NCBI RefSeq assembly: GCF_006345805.1
Contig: NC_043022.1
Span: 11,036,001 to 11,100,000, forward strand
Direction: 5' to 3'
DNA from: Octopus sinensis
Lineage: Eukaryota
DNA length: 64,000 bases
Program-made: the position numbers and the translations under genes
Notes under the pieces: model-generated
Seen by the model: the letters and a program-made list of their open reading frames with translations, nothing else
The model's database searches: none
What the model was told of the DNA's origin: nothing
Part shown: positions 53,231 to 64,000 of the stretch, piece by piece
How the letters are laid out: each line of letters opens with the position of its first letter
How positions within the stretch are numbered: the first letter of the stretch is position 1

Positions 53231-53317
53231 TCCCCCAACACCGCTTGACAACTGATGGTGGTGTATTTATGTCCCCGTCCCTTAGCAGTTCGGCAAAAGA
53301 CACCGATAGAATAAGTA
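53025..53317 (+). repeat. Inverted duplicate of 52695-52985
   Basis: Shares private variants with the left SINE; one substitution plus microsatellite length differences. Confidence 0.92.
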
Positions 53318-54829
53318 TATATATATATTTTTTTTCCTAGTTTCAGCTCAGAGCACTAAAATAGACAACGGAGATAATACAAATATTATTAAAAATATCC
53401 AACAATTTGTTCCTCCGTACTGAAATTTTCTTCATAATAATTTATTAACAGTCAAGTAACAAGAATAATTTAACATTTGAGAATTATCATTATGTCATAT
53501 TCTTCATGCTCCGAATACAACTTCCGGGAGCTTTCTCATTAATACATCTTCGTTAATGGAAAAAAATGGACGCGTTAGCTTACAGATTGCAATGATAATA
53601 TACGATGCTGTTGGTGATGTTTTTGCTTAATTCTGGACAGTCGAATTAGAATAGATCTATGGTCAAAGGCGTTGCAGCTACAATCATCCGTTTTTCTAAT
53701 TTTTTTTTTATAATTGATTACCTTTTTAAGACTGTGAGACAGTAATTTGATGGAGATTTGGTTGATATTTGTAATAGGTTGAGCGACCGCATAAAAGCCT
53801 TTCTGTGGCTCATTTGATATCGGTATCTAACACCAGTTCAGCTCTGACTGAGAAGATCTATGATCTAAAGCGTTTCATCTGTGACAACAATCCTGTCGGA
53901 CGGTGTATTTTGGGACTCGCATATCCAGTGTGTCCTTTTAATAAGGTTGGAATTTGAGAAACTTGTTATTTCTGGAGGTAGAACATCTCTCATTGGCTCA
54001 AGATACATGCATACTGATGTAGTGACACTGATGATAAATCCAATCCTTGCCTCTCAGAAAGAGAAAAGTAAAGTAAGAAGTTGATAGGAATCGAAGTCAG
54101 AGAATGCAAGACAGGTGGTTTTAGTGCCTTTCCCTCACTAAGTCTGCCATTCTTCGCTCTTATTAGGACAATAAATAAATACATATTAAATATTAAATCG
54201 AATAAACTGATTTGGTTTTAAAAGGAACCCGAACAAGTTGTTGATATAATTAAGAGGAAATATTTGCAAATCTGTTACGTTTACCAGGAAGAGTCTTGCT
54301 GTGTAGGCTATTTCACTATTTCGCCCTTCTTCTAAGTAATTAGAAAGTGCTTTTTGAAAATGTTAGCTATCTCACGTTCTTCTGCAGTCATTTCTACTTT
54401 TCTACATTGCTGCATTTCTACATTGCTGCCAAAGTCTCTGGTCTTAGACATGTGTAAATATGAAATCTAGGACTTTAACAAATGTACCAATGTACAAGCA
54501 AATATATTAATGTTAGCAAATTTTGTGAATAAACGTACATGTGTGTGAGTGAGTGAGTGAATCTGTGAGTGTGCGTGCGCGCGCGTGCGTGTGTGTGTGT
54601 CATGACCATATTTGATAATGAAGTATAAATTTATATGTATGCATATGTGCAGAACTTTCCCAGAGTAAGCTTACATACACACACTTCTGTATACATAGTT
54701 TATATAATAAAGAAAGAAATGTTGCAAGATTGTCTGTAGGATTCAACTCCCGCGTCTACTATAAACCGTGTAACTTGACAAACTATTGCACTAACCAATA
54801 TATATTTTTTCTTTGTTTGTTTCTTTCTT

Positions 54830-55163
54830 TCTTTTTTACTTGTTTCAGTCATGTGACTGTGGCCATGCTGGAGCACCGAATTTAGTCGAGCAAATTGATC
54901 CCAGAGCTTACTCTTTTGCCGAACCGCTAGGTTACGGGGACATAAACACACACCAGCATCGGTTGTCAAGCGATGTTGGAGGGACAAATACAGACATACA
55001 AACATACACACACACACACACATATATATACATATACGACAAGCTTCTTCCAGTTTCCGTCTACCAAATCCACTCATAAGGCTTTGGTCGGCCCGAGGTG
55101 CCACGCAGTGGGACTGACCATGTGGTTGGTAAGCAAGCCACTTACCACACAGCCACTCCTGCG

Positions 55164-55165
<2 letters not shown>
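54830..55165 (-). mobile_element. SINE family B
   Basis: Same head and tail motifs as the other family B copies. Confidence 0.8.
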
Positions 55166-55169
<4 letters not shown>

Positions 55170-55200
<31 letters not shown>

Positions 55201-55893
55201 CTGAAGTTGTCTGTGTGTGTGTATGTGGCAGGTTTGGTAGCCTTCAACTAACACTATCTCCTCCGAGACCCTGCGGCGCAAGTTGACCAAAATTGAGAGT
55301 ATGATAGAAGAAGAAATTCAAATCGGACCATGTTAACACCAAAAATTATTTACATCTAAAGGGTGCTATTTTCTATGAAAATCCCTATTTTTAACGATTT
55401 TTTTACTGCTGTGTCGCCATTTTTTGGTGTATTTCAACCAGAAAAATGTTCACTTAAAGAGAATAACAAGCTACATCATACAGAATTTTTACTTATCAAA
55501 AATTCCAATTCTAAAGGGTCGAAAAGAATTTCTTTATTTTGTCATTGGTTTTGAGCGAACGATGGATTTTCATGTACTTTTTCTTAATGAATTCTGTCGC
55601 AGTTTTAACTTCTTAATAGATTTTCAGTGCAGTTCGAAACTTGAGCTTCATTTAAATCTACGGGTAATTTTTTTCTCCATAATGTTAATAGAAGGAATAT
55701 TAACCAACAATACCAACAATTGAGGTCGGCATTAAACATTTGCAGCACATTCAGAGCAAACTTGAGCATCGCTACACTATGCTTTTATCCATAGATTCAA
55801 ACTATGTCAAAACTTTGTTAACGTGATATCAAAGTCTGCCGTTTTAAGCGCAACTAAAAAAAAAAAAAAGAGCAACGCCGGGCAAACTGCTAG
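55170..55893 (+). mobile_element. Non-autonomous Helitron
   Basis: Begins (TA)n-TAAAGCTGAAG; ends GAGCAACGCCGGGCAAACTGCTAG|T, the same 3' motif as the 40223 copy. Confidence 0.65.
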
Positions 55894-55895
55894 TG

Positions 55896-55946
<51 letters not shown>

Positions 55947-55954
55947 ATGTACTT

Positions 55955-56006
<52 letters not shown>

Positions 56007-56299
56007 GATATAATACACATATGTATACTTTATAAATATCTGTTTAAACACAGGCACACACACTCATCGCAAAATTCATGAAACAGAGAGAAAATAATAT
56101 ATTCAGGAGAGAGAAAATATAGTATCATATCGATCATATAAACGGAACAGTTTACATAACTAAAAGTTCTTATAAGACTGATAGACCTATGTAAAATTTT
56201 TTGTTTTGTAACCAGTTTTGTTCGTGTGTTCATTATAAAACTGTGTGTGAGCGTGCGCGTAAATACCTAAATGATAAAATATTTCTTTTAAATTTCAGT

Positions 56300-56495
56300 A
56301 CAAGGCCAGCAATTTAGAGGAGAGGCAAGTCGACTACATCGACCCCAGTGATCAACTGGTACTTATTTTATCGACCCCCGAAATGATGAAAGACAAAGTC
56401 GACCTTGGCGGAATTTAAACTCAGAAGGTACAGATGGACGAAATGCCGCTAAGCATTTCGTCCGGCGTGCTAACGGTTCTGCCAGTTCACCGCCC
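56300..56495 (-). mobile_element. SINE family A
   Basis: GGCGGTGAACTGGCAGAACCGTTAG…GAGTTTAAATTCCGCC…GGGTCGATAAAATAAGTACC. Confidence 0.8.
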
Positions 56496-57369
56496 TCATA
56501 AATTATAAAATATTATGAACTACGAAATACTTCCATTGGGTCAAATACTTCCATTATATATGTTTCCCACCTATCTTTTTCTAAAATATTTTTTAGCTTG
56601 TAATGTATATAATGTAATGCAATTATTAAAGCCTAAATTAGTTTGCATTGAAGTGATTCAATTAAAATCGAAATAGTGACTTCCATCTACAAACATAAAG
56701 GACTTTATAAAAGAAAACCAATTCAACTAAATATAACAAGTATAGTTTATTTTACTAATGTATCAAAATCATAGTTTTCTACTTTGTAAAACAAAGAAAG
56801 GACAAGTGAATGACCAGCTCATCAGCCTTTGTGTGTGAATATGTACACACGCGTACATATATGTATGTACATTACGAAAGCAATTACCAGTATTTCGATT
56901 AAAATTCATACGTTTCATGTAGTTACGTAATAAATTGTGATGCAGAAATTACACTCTTTAGTCGTTACAAACGAAATATGAAGAATGCTGATCTGGGCAC
57001 AGAGTCGAAAATATTAGACTAAGTGCACAGCATGACTCATTCTTGACATAATCGCAGCAATTAATGAAATTAAACATTACTCTGTTGTAGTCCCTGATAT
57101 CTTTCTTTCTAGAGTCCGGAAGGACTGCCAACATCAGATTATTTGTCGTCTAGTTAATCTATAAAGAAAATCGCTAGACCCAGCTCATATACGATCATTT
57201 CCAGTTACCTATCGCTCGGTCTCATCGAAGTATTTGAAAGATTAATGAGCTCCAGAATGACTAACCTTCAAGAGCGTTACCATCTCCTAAACTTCAATCA
57301 ACCCAACTTTCGTTGTCAAACATAACTTCTACATTACATTAACAATATTCTAAAAGTATTATCAGAATG

Positions 57370-58250
57370 CACAGATACATATGTTGTATATCTTGACTTC
57401 AGCAAGGCCTTCGGCAGAGTTGATTACAAGACTGCTCAACACTGAAGTCCATGGAAAGCTGTAACACTGAGGTATTTCATGATGAACAGAAGCCAACATG
57501 CTGTAATTGATGGAATCCACTCAAACCCAGCGAATGCCACCAGCGGTCTTCGAGAAGGGACTGTACTGGGGTCACTACTCTTCATAGTATACATAAACGA
57601 TATCACGAGTGATATCAAACACAGCAGAATAAAAATATTCTAGGACAGTTATAAGCTAAAGAATGTTATCAACGACAGCGATGGCCGAATAGAAGTCCAT
57701 TCCGAGATAAATGCTATAAGCGAACAGACATTAAAAAGCGAACATAAAAAAGAACAATGTATTGTTAAACGAGAACAAATTTAACTTTTGCACTTCCTTC
57801 TGGGGTATCTGTGAATATCAGGAGTCTAGGATTAATTGTTGAGGAGAACATCTGTTGGAACATTCACATCAACGGTTTACAGGATGAGCTCTTAGATTCT
57901 TAGAACTTTCCGGTCGAACCAGATGTTGTCATCCTACTTTCTCAAACCTAGAATAGTGTTTTCCCCGCCCCCATGATCTCTTGAAACTAAACAGAATATC
58001 ATGAAAAATTAGGCACCCCAGAACGACTACTTCATTACAGGGACCACCTATAATCTCAGACTCTACTCTTTCCATTGCAACCACGAGATATCACCTACAC
58101 AATGTGGAAAATATGATAATAGCTTTTCCTCAGATAATCTTATAAAATTTAAAACATTAACACAAGGCTGGGACTCAATGGTATACGCCTCTTATATAGA
58201 GGCACATCGCACAAAAACAACTTACAATAAAACTAGTGGCACCCGTGGAA
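57370..58250 (+). mobile_element. Highly decayed CR1-like LINE fragment
   Basis: VVYLDFSKAFGRVD; SGLREGTVLGSLLFIVYIND. Confidence 0.7.
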
Positions 58251-58715
58251 ATTCCACAGAACGAAAAAGATTAAGAGAAGCTATTTAAGAAAGGATGACT
58301 TTTATTTTCATAAGTTATTTCAGTTCCAGTCACAATGATATTTTATATGATTTAAAAATGTTCCTCTGCTAGGCATTTTCTCTCTCTCTCTACCTCTTCA
58401 ATAAACTTTTTAATCCTGTACTTCCTCCCTTCATGTCTTTAACATTTCTCTCTTTCTCTTCCCCTCTCACTTCCACTAACCACATGAGTGCAGCATAACG
58501 CGTCGGCTGCCTATCTGCTGTCTCACTAACTCTCATGTTCCCTCTTCCTCTCTCTCACACCATCGCCAAATCTCTGTGTCTACTCTGACAATACAAATGC
58601 ACTCTGTCACTCTCTTTCTCTCACTTAATGTAACTGCCTCCACTGTCCATCTCTCTCTATCTGCCTTTCTTTAACCTCATCACCAGAACATCACCCCTGC
58701 TAAATATTGTATCAC

Positions 58716-59880
<1,165 letters not shown>

Positions 59881-62849
59881 AATAGTTATTATTGTAAGGC
59901 TTATAACGTTCCAAACAGCCATAACAATGAAATTACTTTAAATTTTTTTTACAAAAATTATACGGCTATTTAAAATTTTTTTCATTCAATAATGTTTTTA
60001 CATAAAAATTAATAGAATAAACTATCAGTTTTCCAGATAGCAAATTAAAAGTTAAAATGAAAATATTAATAGAGAAAATGAGAGACTTTGCAAATGAAAA
60101 TGGAATACTATGCAGTGAATGCAATGAATATTTAAATTTGCGAGTAATTGGAGTTAAAAATTCAATAAAATTGAGAACTGAAATTATAGGAAATTTCTTA
60201 GAACATGAATTTATAAAAGTATTTCCAGACGGTCAGCCCTTTAATAATTGCTTTCTTTTAGTACTTTTAGTAATTGTTACATACCTAATTAATAAGGAGC
60301 ATTCTCTATTATAGTATATAGATATATATGTGTGGGCGTGCTCGCGCGTATGCAACATATAGAAAAACACCCGAAATACAAGCATAAACATTATCCAAAT
60401 ATCCCACCATTTGGCTTTCCATTACTAACTTAATAATTGCTCCCTTTCGTAAGTTTATTAAAAATACCAAGGGCAGACGACAGGAACTTATTATGTTTGC
60501 TTAACTTGCTTTTAGGAATTTCTGGGGAGGGTAAAAAGTATAAATGCTCAGCTTTTCGTTCTGTTTGCGATATCCTGCCTTGTCACATATGAAATAATGT
60601 TAAGGGATATCTTACAAAAATAAAATGAAAAAGTAACTGCCAAGAAAGAAAAGTAGCTCCGGAAAAGAAATTCTTTCAAAGTATTTTTCTTCTTCTAATT
60701 GTTAATTCTGTTTTTATATCGTGTAGACATTTACTTCTAGCAACAACTGAATATAAAAATAGTAAAATAGAAAAATAGTTGTTAATGACGTAGGCACAGA
60801 GTAAGAAATTTTGGTGAAGGACGCAGTTGCATAAAGTGACTCCTAGCAGTAAACTGTTAGTCATATGATAACCAATCATTTTAGACATTTTATCGAAACT
60901 TGGAAGGTAAAAAGTCGACGTCGTCAACATTTTAAATTCATAATTTAAAGCAACAACAATAAATAAAGCAAAGTATTCAAGAAAACACATTTTTTCTACT
61001 GGAATTCCCAAAGTTTAAAGTACCAATGTAGATGAAATGTGAAATAAAAAATGCAAACAGGTGGTATCTTTGTTTCCATTTAGAAATTATAGACTTTGAC
61101 ATGGTTTTTGATATGACAGAAAACTATTATGCTTTACTAAATTCCCAAATTCAGTGAAACAATGTAGTTATATTTGACATGCATATACATAAATACATGC
61201 GTACACAAAAAGCGCGCACGTGCATGGCATCGAATTGGCAGATTCGTTAGAGTATTATGAAAAATACCTTACAGATTTGTTCCGCTCTTGGCGCTCTGAT
61301 TGCAAATGCCGCCAATGGTCAGCTTTGTCTTTTATCCTTTCAAAGTCGATAAATAAAATACCTGCCTAGCGAGATGGATTGGCAGATTGTGAGAGCATCA
61401 AGCATCAAACAAGTTGCCCTGACTGGTGGGAACATAAGACGAGTTGTGCTCTGTTTCGGTTTTGTGCGTTTTAAGTTTAAATTCGTTTCCTCTCACTGGA
61501 AATAGCGGATCCTTCTGGAACCAGTAAAAGCGGCGATAGGCTTCTGAAATCCTTAAGCAAATGTCACCAAACATTTCAAATAATCTTACTGATGGAACAG
61601 GCCGGCACAGTAGAATGCAAAGAACTTTTACGTCCTGTGCACTTTAGGAACGCTCGCTCTGTTATATATATATATCATTATTCCGCCGAGGTCGATTTTG
61701 CGTTTCATCCTTTCGAAGTCGATAAAATAAGTACCAGTTGAACACTAGGGTCGATGTAATCGACTCATCCCCTCCTCAAAACTTGCGGCCCTTGTGACAT
61801 AATTAGAAGCCATTATTATTATTTATTTATTTAGTCTAAAGCACGTTCACACGACCCATATTTTCAAGGTCATCTATTGCTAATTCCATTCAAAGCTAAA
61901 ACTTTTAACCTCACCCTGACACCTGGTTCATTTCCTGCCCATTCTCTTTCCCAAATTCTCGACCTTCTCAATTTGCTACATTTTATTAATTTTGCTTAAG
62001 TTTTGTATGCAAACACAACCATCACACTTTCATTTAGTTCTATCCACTCGTACATCTTTTCCTCTCCATACTTCCTCATATTATATATACTTCTTTTCTT
62101 TTTTCTCTCCCTATCTTTCTTTTTTCTTCCACTCTGTATACCTATTTATCCTCTTAACTTAGTAGCCGACTTACTGCTCTAACCATATATATTGAAATAT
62201 TTCCATCAATTTCTTCATATTTGAAATGCATTTTTTTAACTGAGGAAGGATTATGTAATGGATGCAATTCCTATTACATATGCAAACCTGAAACATACAT
62301 AGTAAATTATTTCAAAATATCACTATTTGGTTTGACTTCGTTATTGCAATATGTATACTAGCGGGACTCGTGAATTAATGGTAAACCTGTTGGGTTATTT
62401 CTGAAAACTTTATCCCCCCAAAAACTGAAAGTGTAGCTTGTGTTGTTTCTCTATGTAAAAACAGTCGCTCATCTGCTACTCATTAAAAAGTGAACGAAAT
62501 TGGAATACAATAATTACTTAATGCACTTTATATATACACTTTATATACTTTATGCACAATTTTATAGATTTAATACACAGTACTTATAAAGTAACATTCA
62601 CTCTTATTTTTGTATTTCCCCCATCAAAAAAAAAAAAAAAAAAAGAAAGAAATCGCCGTACTTATAACCTTTAGATAAATTGCATATATCTGCCACGTAA
62701 ATAAGAGTATTTCACAGAATTGCACTTATGCGCGTGCGTTAAGTGATAATTGATATAAAAAATTTAGCTCAATTAAAAAAATACACTTTTTATTATTCGT
62801 TTAGAGAATGCTTGAGAAACTGATTTCACAGATGAATTTTAAGGGGAAG

Positions 62850-64000
62850 AAGAGCAGGAGTGTGTTCCTCAGGAAAATGACGTGGGAAATCTATTTCAGG
62901 GAAATAGGGAGGAAAGATGTTGTGGTGCAAGTGGACTGACGGGACATTGGTTTCTGGCGCTGCCAAAATTTGTATAGCAGCTGCTTGTATATGAAGTAGC
63001 AGTTACAAAGACTGATGATGAATGTTTACAACAGAAAGTAATTGAGAGGGGCAAGAATGTGGTCCAATGTAGCTCTTTTTTGGCAGTTCAAAGAAATTGC
63101 AGCTTACATAGACATTGGAGATCGAAGAATTTAAAGCGAGCAATATGAATCAGTGGTTCAACTTGCAGGATTAAAAGGATAGGCAAGATTAGGCGGTAGA
63201 GAGTTCAGTATGCGTAGATACAGTGGGACAAAGTGGTTCAGGATTACATCCCGTGGAACGATCTGCTTTGATGTCGGTAGGATCATTCTGGTGTGCAACT
63301 GATTCCACATTTGATAGACTGTTATCTACAGTGAATCTTCAGAGAGGAGGAATTAAGGAAAAAATGAGATGTGAAAGTTTTATTAGAAATCAAGTAGCTA
63401 GCTGAAACAGGGCTTGTCACGCCGTGGAGTACAGATATGAGCCTATACTTGAAGCTGCAATTAAGTATTCCGGCAGCTGAAAAGAAAAAGAATAAGAGAC
63501 CACATCATGTTAAAGGCATTAAATTTGTAAAGGAGCGGCAAAAGGAAAGCGACAGGAAAAGTGTACTCTCCTTTAGTGTTTGTGGGATATTAGCAGTAGC
63601 AGATACATTGGAAGTGTTAGTGGATGAGAAAGGGATGTAGACAGTACCTGCAGAAAACAACCTTCAGAGCTGATCTACTTCTTGCGTTAAGGTTCTCATT
63701 TCATATAATCATCACAGGGTTAACTGTGGTGTAGGAGACGAGGATGGAGAAAGTGAGAGAGAGATCGAGAGAAAGAGAGGGGAAGGCGGGAAAGCATGCA
63801 AAGTGATGGGAAAATGAATAAGAAATGGATGGCAGACTAAGCTGTGAACAGTAGATGTTGGAAATAGGGGCTTTGCAGGGCTTAAGGTGAGAAGATGGAT
63901 TCAGACTTTGAAAGTAGTTGAATTTCAAGTGAATGTGCGGATTAGGCGCAGTTGTTGGGCAGAAGATGTCGGATAGAGAAAAGGCTGAAAAGCAATACTG
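62850..64000 (-). mobile_element. Very degenerate CR1/L2-group RT fragment
   Basis: Weak remnants of a VPQGSVL.PTL-like motif; many stops. Confidence 0.4.

Noticed and set aside
60057-60314. 85-aa ORF with CxxC (LCSECNEYL)
   Set aside because: Short, AT-rich and without a recognisable domain; cannot be supported as a gene.

Overview
Eukaryotic, AT-rich, microsatellite-dense window. The SINE types and (TA)n/(CA)n load suggest an octopus-like cephalopod; this is inference, not a database result. I found no host protein-coding gene, and nearly all short ORFs in the track are (TA)/(CA) repeat artefacts. The window is a transposon landscape. (1) A young CsRn1-type Ty3/Gypsy LTR element (12894-19000, minus strand, 4-bp TSD CATC, tRNA-Trp PBS) whose termini carry tandem U5-PBS-leader duplications. 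(2) A decayed second Gypsy element head-to-head with it. (3) A Neptune-type Penelope-like element (RT + GIY-YIG) with an inverted ~1.06-kb pseudo-LTR arm and a variant hammerhead ribozyme. (4) Directly next to it, a 353-nt-period tandem non-coding element with two type I hammerhead ribozymes, a candidate circRNA-producing retrozyme. (5) An internally deleted RTE with a CPEB3/HDV-like ribozyme core at its 5' end. (6) Many CR1/L2, RTE and RLE LINE fragments, three non-autonomous Helitrons, a mariner remnant, a TTAA MITE and three tRNA-SINE families. The most notable theme is the density of self-cleaving ribozyme motifs: at least four distinct ribozyme-bearing retroelement families in 64 kb, all identified by manual folding only.
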